Source: Folioceros fuciformis (taxonomy: Eukaryota). From it: DNA of 64,000 nucleotides. Shown here in pieces: positions 26,033-38,763 of the stretch. Numbering within the stretch: position 1 is the stretch's first letter; each line of letters begins with the position of its first letter. Below the pieces are notes generated by a model. That model did no database searches, had not been told where the DNA came from, and saw only the letters and a program-made list of their open reading frames with translations. The stretch covers positions 354,157-418,156 of the forward strand of contig JBNGIO010006304.1 of assembly GCA_049999805.1 (NCBI GenBank), read 5' to 3'. The translations under genes and the position numbers were made by a program.

Positions 26033-27869
26033 CAGTCACACCCCTCTAATTGGGAACAATTGGGAGTAGAAAAATCCTTCCATTCAGAGATTTGTTTAGG
26101 CGTTTTCATCTTTTTTTGAAAATAAAAATATTTAAAATTCTTAATATCAATCCTTGATTGATGTTGAGTTGCTTTCATCCAATGACTAGCAATATGTTTT
26201 TAGTAATATGTTTTTTCAACTGAGAATGCAACTTCAAAGTATCAAAGAGTGTTATGTGGCATCTCTGCCAAAAACATCTTCGCTATCCTCATAGCATTAT
26301 CTACAGCATCCTTTGTTGTAAACGGTCTTGGTGCTATGGTCTTCACTGACGCTGTATCATTTTCCTCACCCTCCTCATTGACAGGCGAAGGGATTAATGC
26401 TTGCCATATTTCGTCCTCTGTAGGAATATACATAGTCTCCAATCCTTCATCCCCCTCAAACTTCATATACTCTTCAACTATCATCGTTGGATATCCAACA
26501 TTAGCAATTCTTGTCATATCCTCAGATATTAGTAATGCTAAGCTTCGTATGGACTCTTGTAGCTCTTCTACCTGCGTTTCCAACGAATTAGATTGATTTT
26601 GAGATCCAACAATGGATCCTCTGGATCATATGGTTTAGATCCTAAGACTCACGGAACCGAGCATCTTGTGCACACAATTCCGCATCCAAAGTGTTATGTC
26701 TCCAACAATTGCGTATGGTAGGAGGACTCACAAATGAAGTCCAAGCGTTTACCATTATAATCACTGCTTGATAGTCACGATACAACTTGATGCACTCATG
26801 AAGCAAGTCATTTGAAATTGTGGCACCTTGAGCTTGGATTGCAAGAGCCCAAACGTGTACTACGTGGTCAACTTGTGGGCATACGACTGGTCTATCCTCA
26901 TTCTTGCCATATTAGTTGTTGGACCAATGGAGGGTCCAACCATTTGTCTCTATCATTCACAATCCTAAACAATGTACTTTTAGAAGCTGCTATTGAAAAC
27001 TTCTATGATGTCCATCTAGTCAACTCCTTAAGTGTGCAAGAGTGTTGGACATAATATTTGCAAACCTCTTTCTTTTGTTGTTTTGTTAGAGTAGCATGCT
27101 TGCGCAGCAGCTTGGGCGGCATTGTTCCTATACGTCAAAGAGCATTCAATGGGTAAGGAACACATACAAAATATCTCACAACAGCAAGATAACAACTTAC
27201 AAGACCATAACACAACTTACAACACCATAACTCAACTTGTACAATGAAACAACTTATGTACTAGGAACAATGCTTTTAATCACAAAGCATAGTGGACATA
27301 ACTACTACATATATAGGCTCAATCTCGATGATTGTCTATGTTTTATGATATAATCTCGATAGCCTTTAACTTGACATAATCTTAATAACTCATGATTTAA
27401 TCTTGATAAGACGATTTTCTCTTCTTCTTTTTAAAATTATTTTTTTTAAATATATATTTTTCTTATTTTTTGTAAATATATATTTTCTCTTTACATGTTC
27501 CCATTTACAAATTAGAGGGTTTCTCATTTAGCATGTAGCATGTTCGGGAGTGTTCCCATGTTCGGGAGACAGGTTCCCATGTTCGGGAGATATGTTCCCA
27601 TGTTCGGGATATTGTTCCCATGTTCGGGATATTGTTCCCATGTTCGGGAGATATGTTCCCATGTTCGGGAGATATGTTCNNNNNNNNNNTGTTCGGGAGA
27701 TATGTTCCCATGTTCGGGAGATATGTTCCCATGTTCAGGAGATATGTTCCCGTTTATAAATTAGAGGGTTTCTCATTTAGCATATAGCACATTCAAAGGA
27801 GTATTAGCATATAGCACATTCAAAGGAGTAAGCCCGGGCGTCCCACATCCCAATTAGAGGGTTTGACTG
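26033..27869 (-). mobile_element. Decayed Tc1/mariner (pogo-like) DNA transposon
   Basis: TA-flanked terminal inverted repeats: ta|CAGTCACACCCCTCTAATTGGGA and TCCCAATTAGAGGGTTTGACTG|ta. Minus-strand transposase remnants include TIRNCWRH (~26695-26718) and an acidic C-terminal ORF at 26242-26583. Confidence 0.8.
27538..27751. repeat. ~21-bp minisatellite (CCCATGTTCGGGAGATATGTT)n inside the transposon
   Basis: About 10 near-identical adjacent units with no spacers, interrupted by an N gap. Confidence 0.9.
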
Positions 27870-27929
27870 TATATTCGAATTAGAGGGTTTGACTGTAAAA
27901 TGTCAATTTATGGTATGCACCGTATAATT

Positions 27930-29634
27930 TTATGAGCTCATGAACTGAGTTAAGGTGGAGGCAGCGGGATCCGACAGGAAGCTGAATTTGGTCAATCCTT
28001 CACTTGCAGACCACAGCTTGGTAGCTAGACCAAGGTCTTGGGCAGTAGAACTTGGTGTCATTTCCCTGCAATCCTGGTAGTACCCAATTGAGCGACCTTC
28101 GACGGCTGGTGAGGTAGCCAGGTAAACTGCAGTAGATGCTCCCTCTGCCGCGCTCTGCATCGCGTGTGGTTAGACTCTGGTAAGGTGTGAACCCAGTCAC
28201 TCCAACAAACAAAAAATACTACGGACGCTTACACGAATCGGAAGAACCTTCAGCATGACTTCTTGCAAGAAAGAGGGCACAGACATCATGCCTCTTGGAA
28301 GCAAATATCTGACGAGCTGCACGGTTCGTGGCTGCCTTTAGTTATCACACTCCAGTGCCTTCAACTGGCAACGAGTGCAAGACAGATATACCTCGGTGGC
28401 AACGATGCCTGGATGCATGCAATTACAGGTGATGGGTAGTTTTTGAGCATTGCACCGCCTGCCAAGCTCGAAGGCAAAGAGCACGTTTGCAAGCTTGGAT
28501 TGCGCATATGCGAGCCACGGCTGATAAGCTGTGCAAGAAGGATAAAAGTTAGACGACTATCAGCGAGTTTTGGGACCAAGTGGCAACGGGAATGTATGCT
28601 ACGACAAACCTCGAGAGCCTGTGAAATTGAGGTCATCAAAGTCTATTCTTCCCAAGATTTCAATGGCAGAGGCCAAAACTACTACCCTCGATGCAAACCT
28701 ATGCAGGCCAACAGAGCTTATCGTCGGTTAGTCACAGGAAAGTGAAGGAGCCTGGCAAGGCGGAATCTGATGGACATTGTGCTTACTTGGACGAGCCACT
28801 CCTTGTGAGAGTAGGAAGAAGCAGACCAGTGAGAAGGAAATGTCCCAAGTGGTTTACCTGACCCTCATATAATCAGCATACTTCAGCAAAACACTCAAGG
28901 AAGGGTGGCATACTCCCTACGTACCCCGAGCTGCTGCTCAAATCCATCTTCTGTGTATGCTTGGGGACAGGCCATGACACCAGCATTGTTTATCTGAAGA
29001 CAGCCAGTGCCAGCTTCCGCGATGCAGGTCGTAAGAAACGGTTACAAACTGACCACCAATGCTACAATATGATCCTGACCAAATATTCCATCCCTCTCAC
29101 CAGCACATGCAGAGGCAGATAGCTTGCTTTGTACTCCTCAGCAAACCGACGCACCGACTGGAGCGAAGCAAGATCGCAAACCATAGCTCTGGTGCCATGG
29201 AAGTTCATCCAGAGTGAGAGTCCATGCATGGCAAGCAAGCTTAGGTGCGAATTTGTAGAGAAATTACTGTCCGTGAAAACACCTGATAGAAGAGTTTTTG
29301 GTAAGATCAGCAATCTCTGCCGCTGCCTTGAGCCCTTTCTCCTTGTCCCTACATGCTGAGGTCAGCAACCTGTCAACTCTGGCTCTGATGAAAGAAGAGG
29401 TGATACAGGAATGGGAGCGTCACCTAATGTTACTGCCATTCCCTGCCCGGCTAGTTCGATTGCAGTTGCCTTGCCGATTCCTGTAGAAAGGGGTCTTAAG
29501 CACAGCACCAACTTCATCGTCTAAACTCCTTAACGCGAAAGCTAGCTCCTTGGTTGAACAGCTACTTGCTTCACACCTGTGTTGGCGCCAGTGATCACCA
29601 CATGTCTCTTGGAGGATTCCTCGCTGACCATCAT
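27930..29634 (-). CDS. Short-chain dehydrogenase/reductase, TIC32/retinol-dehydrogenase-like, multi-exon
   Basis: [37 protein letters not shown], catalytic [15 protein letters not shown] and [14 protein letters not shown]. Confidence 0.88.
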
Positions 29635-30352
29635 AACAATGCCTCCATGTCCTACCCTCTGTTCGGACCGCATGACCATGCATATCCGTGAAATTGGTTG
29701 CATCTCATTGGAAACAAAGCAATGTAACGGTCTCTGTTTTCGGAAAACTCTGGAACATCCATACGGGAAGCGGGAAGCGTTCAAGCCATCCTCCGAATCC
29801 CAAGCGTACCTTAGTCACCAGCTGCGCACCCGGAATCAGCTTACAGGGGCGTCGAAGACCGTAAGAGCAGAAATGATGCGCCCCGTGTGGAAACACAGCA
29901 GGAAGAGCCGCCATTCCTTGCGCTCCTGGCCAACGCTCCTAGGAGCCGTTCATATATACAGCTATCTCACGGACTACAGTTTGCACGCGAATCCGAAATG
30001 TCGAAGATAGGCCTCCACACCGCAAGCACTCCGTTTGCCAGCATGCCACCCGACGGTCGGAAGACGACTGCAAACTGGCAACTGTGACGCATTTTTGGTA
30101 ACCGACCCTCACAACGCACAAAGTGTGACAAATCATGTTAAAACCAAATCTGTTTAAACGGCGATGGTATAATACACAAATTGGCCTCAGATTCAAATCC
30201 AAAGAGAAAGAACCCTTGTCTCTGATGCCAAAAGCTAACTAGACTACACTACAATGCGCTGCACAGTAAAATCGCAGTATACTCCCCCAAATCATAGGAA
30301 ACAGCTGTCGAGCAGCAGCATCAATCAGACGAGGCAGGGTAAGTCACGAATA

Positions 30353-31530
30353 TCACAAGGTTAGCCTGAGGAACTGCACAGCAAGGTAAAGGAGGGCAAT
30401 GACCAACCCAATCTGGTACACGTCCCTCTGGAAGTTGTCTTCCACAAAAAACTTTCTGGGATCGCCAGAGGGATCCTGGTAGTAGTAGGACGTGTCGGAA
30501 TCGTCACTGCTGTCGATCAATTTCCTCAGTCCACCTGCAACCAACGCTGCATCCTTTCCTAGTTGAACTGCAGTGTAGGCCAGCCGGGATGACCAGAAGA
30601 AGAGCTGCGCAGGCAAGGGAGAGGCGGACAAATCCCACTCCTCTTCATGCTCAGTGACCTGCCCGCTGATTTGGTTCAGCGTGTAGGTGGACACCACTTT
30701 GAGCACGAGGCGGTCTAGTCCAGGGAGCCTAGGCTTCCCCCTCAGCGTCCAGTAAATCTTCAAAACGCTGGTGGACTGCATAGCCATCCCAGTGATGCTG
30801 ACGGTGGAGTTCTCGAGCACACTGTCCGCCCAGGTGGGCCGCTTGTACGCCTCCCGCCCCTTGAAGGACCGCAGCGGGTCCTTATATTTCACGAAAGCCG
30901 CGTAGATTCCCACGGCTCTGTTCCCGTCTCTGACTCCCAGCAACTCCTTGGCAATCAGCCTGGCCGTCTGCTCCACGGCGGGGCTGCTGGTGCACTCGAA
31001 TTCATCGCACAATTGCGCAAAGGTCATGCCGTCCACCAGCTTGTCGGCCTCCGACCGGGGCAGGGCGCCCGACTCCACAACCGAGATCCCTTTAGACGAG
31101 CCCGCGTCCGCCTCCCCGTCGGCTGCTCTGGCCAGGAAGCACATCCGGAGAGGAGCGGAGGCCGCGGGCCCCGGGACCGCGCCAATTCTCGATGCGCGCA
31201 AGGCCGGCACTGGTGGAGCCTGAATCCACAGCAAAGCCCGCCTCAGAACCGCACCTCAAGGCGCATGCATTCAGGAACGGCAACTGGAACAAGAACGCAT
31301 CAGCACCACACCACACGGATCTCCGCAGCAATGTCACCTACTTGGTGCACCAGCCGATTGGTGCAGGCGAGCATCCGTCGCGGCCCACGGCAAGCCCGTC
31401 TTGCCGCAGCGGAGAAGAAGACGGAGCCCCAGCTTCTGCCCAGCCCGCTGTCAGCTGCAGCGTCCCCGAACACGTGCTTGAGGGCAGCGAGCGGGTGGCA
31501 GGCAGCCGCGCTCACTGCATTGCCTGCCAT
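30353..31530 (-). CDS. Plastid-targeted DUF2358-like protein with C-terminal TM helix (2 exons)
   Basis: Transit-peptide exon MAGNAV...LVHQ joins by a phase-0 GT-AG intron to an exon with LCDEFECTSSPAVEQTAR, YKDPLRSFKG and LNQISGQVTEHEEEWDLS. Confidence 0.75.
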
Positions 31531-32239
31531 AGCCCCGGCCACCTACAATCCGGGACCAGTATGGAGCACACCGTGCGCGTCCCAGCCAAGAAACCCTTCC
31601 TCCCCTGCTTCCGCAACTGCCTGAACATCAACAGCCTCAATGTTGGCTCAAATTGCACACCTGCGAGGCTGCGAGCCAGCCCGGTCCGGCCCAGCCCAGC
31701 CCAGTCGGCCCGATATCTCTTCACAACCTGCAGATACTAGCAATCCACCATTCCACGGCGATTCTGCTCCACTTTCCGCAATTGCGAGCACAGGCAGACG
31801 GACCAGCACTTCTCCACCCGAGTAACGAATTGTGGATCAGCGCAATCCGCTGCGGTCCCAATCCAGCCGACTCCAAACCCCGCACTTATTTAATTCCGCA
31901 CTAAATCTTACTTATCCGCCGTACTAGAGCTTACTTCCACACATTAACACCTGCCTACGATATTCAAGTTTCCGTCTTAGTGATTTATACACATCTTTCA
32001 CATATCCACAACTACAGCTTGTCGGTAATAGGGCGTGTCATTCTTATTGGTTTGTGTCGTATTTGGTGGAGACATGTCATTGTAAGATACATACGTATTA
32101 GATCAAATACTTAAGTATTTGGGCCGAATCCACTAGGGGTACCCTAAGAGACTTCCCTAATACGTCATACTTTGTGGACTCATATGCCACCCGCCATTCC
32201 GTCTAGGGTGCGACCCACCGATATAGGTGCCGTGTTGCT

Positions 32240-32460
32240 TATCGCCCTTGCTCTCCCTCCAAATCGCTCTTGCTTCTCATCGCCCTCGCCCTCCCTCCCT
32301 CGTGCTTCTCATCGCCCTCGCTCTCCCTCGAAATCGCTCTTGCTTCTCATCGCCCTCGTCCTCGCCCTCCCTCCCTCTNNNNNNNNNNTCGCCCTCGCTC
32401 TCCCTTCGAATCGCTCTTGCTTCTCATCGCCCTCGCCCTCCCTCCAAATCACTCTTGCTT
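32240..32460. repeat. Pyrimidine-rich degenerate tandem repeat
   Basis: Repeating TGCTTCTCATCGCCCTCGC(T/C)CTCCCTC and AATCGCTCT units next to the Harbinger ORF. Confidence 0.8.
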
Positions 32461-32584
32461 GGATCCCTCTAGGCTGCCCACCTTCCAATGCATCACTAAA
32501 TGGCTTGCCAAGGGTTTGGTGTTGATTACTTTGAGTGGTGGCCCATGACTATGCCATACCGCTCACTCCGGAAGCAATTTTTTA

Positions 32585-33760
32585 TTGGACTTGGAGAAAG
32601 TTATGGCCATTACAAGTTTGCTCAACGACACTTCAGAGGAGGAGGATTTGTCAGATGAGGAAGAAACTCCCTTTGATTTATATATGCTTGCTCAACCATC
32701 TCGATTTGTGAATGTGAAAGGCAAAGGTGATCGCCCCTTGTACTTGAGGTCATCCACACTTTCTAACATGCATCCATACGAGTTTAGACAATTGCTACGT
32801 ACTTCACATTAGGGATTCAAGTCGCTCTGCAGCCTCCTTAGCAACAACCAAGTTTTCTTTAACAACTCCAATTGTTCTCATAGTCAAGTTGCTTAGTAAT
32901 TGAGAGTTACTTNNNNNNNNNNTAATTGAGAGTTACTTTATGTAGATTTGGAGCTACAGGAAATGGAGCAAGCATTGGGAAAATATATCAACTATTTCAC
33001 ATTGGTCATAGCACCGTTGTAAAATGGACCCAACGTGTGTTCACTGCTTTGCTTGATATGCGCCATGAGTGGATGAAATGGCTAGATGAGAGAAGATGTT
33101 CCGAGATTAGTGAAGTGATGTGCCTAGAGGGTTTTGAGGGATGTGTTGGCTTCATTGACGGAACAACTTTGCCGTTATCACAAAAGTATGGTATTGGCGG
33201 TGAGCAATATTTCGATAGGAAACGAAGGTATGCCTTTAACATTCACAAACATCAAAGACCTCCAACATGCTTGATTTATGATTCCAATACTATGTTTTGT
33301 GTATAGGTATTCTATGAACCTCCAAGTTGTCTGTGATGTAGACAAAAGAATCACTACTCTACATGTTGGTTGTCCTAGCTCTAATCATGATGCATTTGTG
33401 TTTCAAAGAATGAGTATTTATAAGAATCCAAGAGCTCATTTCTGGATAGGGCAATACCTTCTAGGAGTTTCCGCATATCCAATGTCACATTTTTGTATTC
33501 CATCATATCGAGCTCCTTCCTCTAGGGAGAATGTAGAGTTCAATTATTGCTTATCTAAAAGCAGAGTTCGAAATGAGCATTGCAATGGCATATTGAAGTT
33601 CAGATCGGGATCTATGCGAGAGCTACGACGCCAAATCAAATGTAAAGAGAACGTCAAATAAATATCTAGGTGGTTTGTTGCATGTTGCCTCCTACACAAC
33701 ATGTTGGCCAACCTTGGGGATGCTTGGAATGAGCTTCATCATGAGGAAGATTTGTTGTCC
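32585..33760 (+). pseudogene. PIF/Harbinger transposase (HARBI1/DDE_Tnp_4-like), inactivated
   Basis: GCVGFIDGT, YFDRKRRY|SMNLQVVCD, NHDAFVF, YLLGVSAYP (expected GDSAY) and SRVRNEHCNGILK, with in-frame stops near 32810, 32895 and 33659. Confidence 0.85.
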
Positions 33761-33799
33761 TCATCATATTTGTTGTCCTCTTTGGCAATTTTCAGTTTA

Positions 33800-35060
33800 A
33801 AATGTCCCTTTCCGTTGTATAACTTGTTGTCATTCTCTCTCCTCTCTCATTGCAGTTTGTTGCATTTGGAATCTTTCTTTTTCCCACGCCAACTTCTCGG
33901 TCTTTGTTGCTTGTCGTATTATCATTACAGGAAATATTATTATACGACAAGAATTTTGTTGGTTTGCCATTGAAAACAAGTGCTTCGAAGCCACAACTTA
34001 CATTGTGCTTTGGCCTTGGCAACCATATGGAAAGAGTGTGCAAAAGAGTTGGTGCTTTTGTTATCACGTGCACTTGGACCTACATCAAGTTTGGCCGGCG
34101 CCCTCCTATTGTCCACTTTTCCAGCTTCAGCCTTCACTTTGTGTGAACTGGTGAATGATGAAGAGGGCAAACTCTTTTGCTTACTCCCAACTTTACGTCC
34201 CTGTAGTTCATTGTCACCAAGTTGCATGGAAGCACCAATGATGGTATCATCGTCAACTAGAGAATCAAGATCTACTACTTCATGATCCCTTTACATACTA
34301 TCCAAATCCTCTATAGCATTAAGCATACTAGTGAAGCATTCTACATCTTTTGTTGTATTATCAAGTAGTGAGGGCATAGTGAAACCATGTTGGGTGCCTT
34401 CTAGGTTTTGCTCAAGATTATTTGCATTAACCTCAGCTTTAGGGAGCATTGGCATGTCTTCATCTAAGAAACAATGTAGCTGACCTCCTGATGTGCCTTC
34501 GACCCCCTGATCGTATTCAAAATGAGGCTCAATGTTTGCCCTGCTACTAAACAATTTGACCATTCTATAAAAAAGAGGACATAACATCTCAACCTTTCGC
34601 TCACTAGTGTGAATCCCTTTAGCTTTATTAGATTCATCTAAACCAAAACCGTAGTTTGACTACCAAAACATTGAGCCTCATTTTGAACAATTTGACCACG
34701 GTAGTATTGAGGAGGGCCTTTGTCTTTGTGTATCTCTGCTTGTAAGTCTTGAACCTCTCCCGCATCGCCTTACTGTCTAGCATAAGGCGACCCTTGTTAG
34801 CTAGAGTGACATGATCAGCTAGTTTTTTATCCTATAGTAGCTAGTATACATGTCATCCTAATGGAAGTCTTACCTTCCTCTCCCCAAGGCATGCTTCTAT
34901 TAGCCGGATTTTCTATCCGTATCACAATTGTAGCATAATCTGCATGGTTGATATGCGCCTTTTTGTTAATAATTGATGCATCATTGGGCATACCCTTCTT
35001 CCAGGTTTGTTTTTTTGCAAGAGGCTGAGTTAACGGGTCTAGCAAACTATCCATACTTGT
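33800..35060 (-). pseudogene. Harbinger accessory ORF1 (Myb/SANT-like) remnant, convergent with the transposase
   Basis: Fragmented ORFs with AMRERFKTYKQRY and MLCPLFYRMVKLFSSRANIEP. The convergent two-gene layout is typical of Harbinger elements. Element ends were not identified. Confidence 0.55.
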
Positions 35061-35736
35061 ACTGCAATCTTGCCCATAGAGAGTCCTGCTAGGTACTTGC
35101 ACAAAGAGAGGCCACAACACCAGATTGAGGCATGGCAAATAGAAGGCACTCTGCATGTACTTGTCAATTCGCCACTTACCACAAAACAGCTTCCCAGCTC
35201 TAAGAAAGGCGCATAAAACAGCACCTGGATCACGCGCTGGAAGAGCTCATCACGAGCTTGGGAGACTGCAACACGGGATTTCAACGCAGGCGGGTTAGAG
35301 GTGATGAGCTTCAAGGTCTTTAGCAATGAGCCGACTCGAAGGTCTTCAGCCATGAGATGACTACACACTGTATAGTGTACTCGAGATCAGGGGTCACCCG
35401 TTTTTGCTTCACACCCAGAATGCACAATGATGACCCTCGAGATGCGCACACGTATAAGTATAATGGTGTGACCATGCGTATCCCTGTAGGATACGCCTTG
35501 GGGCCGGTATCTCGGGGATACGGCATACTCGATTTCACGAAACCGCAAGAATGACACACCCTAATATATATTTTGTCCAAAGTATCTTCATGATCCTTCA
35601 TCAGCAAGATTATTCTTTTCTAGTCTTTTTATGATATTATTTTTTAATTAATAATATAAATAATTTTAATTAATAACTAACACACCATCTAATCTCTATC
35701 TTGTACGGAGCATTTTTTCAGCATAGGGCAAACTTT

Positions 35737-35882
35737 AACGTTGGATAATGCTATTTAAAGGAGCAAGAGAGTGAACGTTGGATAATGCTATATAAAGGAG
35801 CAAGAGAGTGAAGGTTGGATAATGCTATATAGAGGAGCAAGAGAGCGAATATTGGATAATGCTATATAAGGGAGCAAGAGAG
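35737..35882. repeat. ~37-bp tandem repeat, 4 copies
   Basis: TTGGATAATGCTAT(A/T)TA(A/G)AGGAGCAAGAGAG repeated adjacently. Confidence 0.9.
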
Positions 35883-36186
35883 GTGGTGTCAGCAACCCTA
35901 GTGGTACGTAGACCCTTCCTCCTCCCAAACCCCTTCCTCTTCCTTAGTGCTATTGGTAGTTATTAAGCTTCAAAGAGCTTCCCAAACCCTAAGCCCTAGA
36001 CCCTAGACCATGAAATCCTAAACCCTAGACCATGATGTTTTATATGCTATGGGTAGTCATTAGGCTTCAAATGGTTAGCCTTAGTGTTCCTATTAGGGTT
36101 TATCTCCCTCTCTAGGGCTAGGTGTGCTGGTAACAGGATCAAGAAAATGGCCAATGTGACATTGGCCGAAGCCGTTTATAGGACTT

Positions 36187-36300
36187 GACATTAACTCATC
36201 AAGTGGTGCATAAGACTAGGTGTTGTTTAATATGACCTATGAGACATTGACTCATCAAGTGGTGCATAAGACTAGGTGTTGTTGAATATGACCTATGAGA
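36187..36300. repeat. ~56-bp tandem duplication
   Basis: GACATT.ACTCATCAAGTGGTGCATAAGACTAGGTGTTGTT.AATATGACCTATGAGA occurs twice. Confidence 0.9.
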
Positions 36301-37008
36301 TCTGGTGTTGTTAGGCGATCGTGTCATATAGGACTCAGTTGGCCGACCCGAACCAAACACGAGCCAACCCGATATTTAGGATTGGGTGTTGGCTGGTATG
36401 GTGTGTAGTATCGGGTGTTGGCTAATGTAAGATGTAATATAGACTGAATGGCTAATGCGGTGTAATAAGATGTAGTATAGACTGAGCCATAGACTGAGCC
36501 ATAGACTGAACCAAGTCTTGATATAAGACGACGACAACAACAACAACAACAAGGATATCCAAGTGGGTCATATAAATAGTGTTTTAAGATCCGGGGTACG
36601 TGCATGATTGATGGGTAACTTGTGGGGGTTAGTCACCGCTGCTTTTTTGTTTTTTCGTGTCTATCAATGGATTTCTCCGAAGGCGTGTCCCTCCCACGCC
36701 TCTGCAAATAGAGACTCCATTATGTGAATCCGAAAGGCATGTGTATGCAGCTGGGAGAGGAGGGCCTGCACACAGTACGTATGTATGTCACAGGGCTCTA
36801 TATATAGGGCGACAAAACGGCGGGAAGCCCTAGCTCCCGACCAACCACGTCAGCATGGGAGAAAGGAGGCTCGGGCCGAGGCTGGGCGGGCGTGGGCCTG
36901 CTTTTTGTTGGTGCCTACGGTCGCCACTTCTCGCGATCCTCTTCCCCTCTCGCTTCTCTCTCTGCGCTCGTGTCGATCATCCGCAAAGGAGCAGTGTAGT
37001 CTATTGCC

Positions 37009-38440
37009 ATGGCGGCACATCCGCACCACCTGCAGCAGGCGGGCGGCTCCTCGCCTATGCCGGCTGTCATGCCGCCCCCCCTTCAATACGGCCACGCCGC
37101 GCAGCAGCAGCAGGCAAGCACTCCGGATCCGCTGCATTGGACCACTGCATCCCGCGGTGTGTCCGAGTACAGCTAGGTTGTGTGCAATTTCAGGCTTGCT
37201 GGCTGTCCTAGGGCCTCCGGGAAGCCCGGAATTCCTCCTGGCTACCAGCGTATGCCTCTTGTGCTTGAATTGCTTGTGATATTTGGGGCCGTCCGTCCAT
37301 TTGGATGTGCAGCTGCAGGCACAAATGCAGCCGCAGCTGCACTACCAGCAAATTCAAAAACAGCAGCTGCAATTATTCTGGCAGCAGCAGATCCAGGAGA
37401 TGGAGCAAGTCAGTGGTAGGGAATGGTGCTTGTTTGCCGCTTGCTCTGCCCTGCCTGCGCCGCTTCCTCTCACCGTGCTGTTGCGCCGCTTGCAGAGTTC
37501 AAAAACCATCAGCTGCCGCTGGCAAGGATAAAGAAGATCATGAAGTCGGACGAAGATGTTAAGGTGAGTGTGGACCGAGTTAGTCTACTTGCCGCGGCGT
37601 CTTCCCTAAGCTCGTTGTCTCTCTCTCTCTCTCTTTCCTTTTACGCCTCTAAACATTTTGGAGCCGTGGCCGTGGCCGTGGCCGTGGCCGTGGCCGTGGC
37701 CGTGAACTAAGGCGTCTTTCCTCGCAGATGATTGCAGCAGAGGCTCCGGTGCTCTTTGCCAAAGCTTGTGAGATGTTCATCTTGGAGCTCACGCTGAGGT
37801 CATGGATACACACGGAAGAAAATAAGCGCCGAACCTTGCAAAGAAACGATATTGCTGGCGCTATCACAAGGGGCGACATTTTTGACTTCCTCGTAGACAT
37901 TGTGCCAAGGGATGAGCTGAAGGTGAAGAACCTAGTTTGGCTTGCGATGCAGGGTGCTAGATCCAATGTGGAATCCTTGTGTGACGTGTCTTTGTCGGTA
38001 CTGACAAGACTCTTTCTCCTTGCAGGAAGAGGATATTGGGGTGCATTGGACTGGAGTACCTGGTGAGCCTGTCCCTTACGGAGGAATGTATTATCCGCCC
38101 ATGCCACCGCAGCCTCTTCATCATCCTGCCATGACTAATCCGGTAAGCATCCTACCCGACTCGGGGGTTCGCTGCCGTCCTTTTCTCAAGCTCACTGTAT
38201 GTGCGCTAGGGTTTTCTTGTTCCTCTCCCCTAATGACCTTTCCCTGCTCTCAGGAGATGCTGGTTGTGCAGGCAGGGATGCCTGGAAACCCTCAAGTAAT
38301 GTACCCTCCACAGGTAACGTGCTCGTCTCTGGGATACCCTGTGGATGCTGCTCTCCCATGTGTGACGTTGTAATTCTGACTGCTTTGTTGATACCTGTTG
38401 CCAGCAATGGCAGCCTCAAGAGCCTTCTTCGACAACATAG
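37009..38440 (+). CDS. NF-YC: Nuclear transcription factor Y subunit C, multi-exon
   Basis: [56 protein letters not shown] and [16 protein letters not shown] (histone fold). Confidence 0.93.
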
Positions 38441-38763
38441 GAATTGGGGGAGTTACTACACAAGTGCCTGGGGCCAACAGAGCCTGGCACTGTGAAGTGC
38501 TCGTTGTCGTGGTGGTAATCGATAGAAGCAGGTTTGCAACCCATTCCATGCTGTATCGAAGTCCAAAGTGGCTTCACAGCCCTGGAAAATTACAGGGCAA
38601 ATTCCTGTACATATAATACACCACATCAAAATGTCTTTCGTCTTCACTTCTGTCTTTGATCCACTATTCGTCTATCTTGGCCCGGGCGCTGGACACCCGG
38701 GATCGGATGCAAGGCTTGTCCCACGCGCTCGCGGCTTATACAGTCGGGCAGGTGCCCTAGAAA

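Noticed and set aside
27538-27751. Possible CRISPR array
   Set aside because: Units are adjacent with no unique spacers, there are no cas genes, and the context is eukaryotic. It is a minisatellite.
35737-35882. 37-bp repeats of CRISPR-like length
   Set aside because: Head-to-tail tandem copies without spacers.
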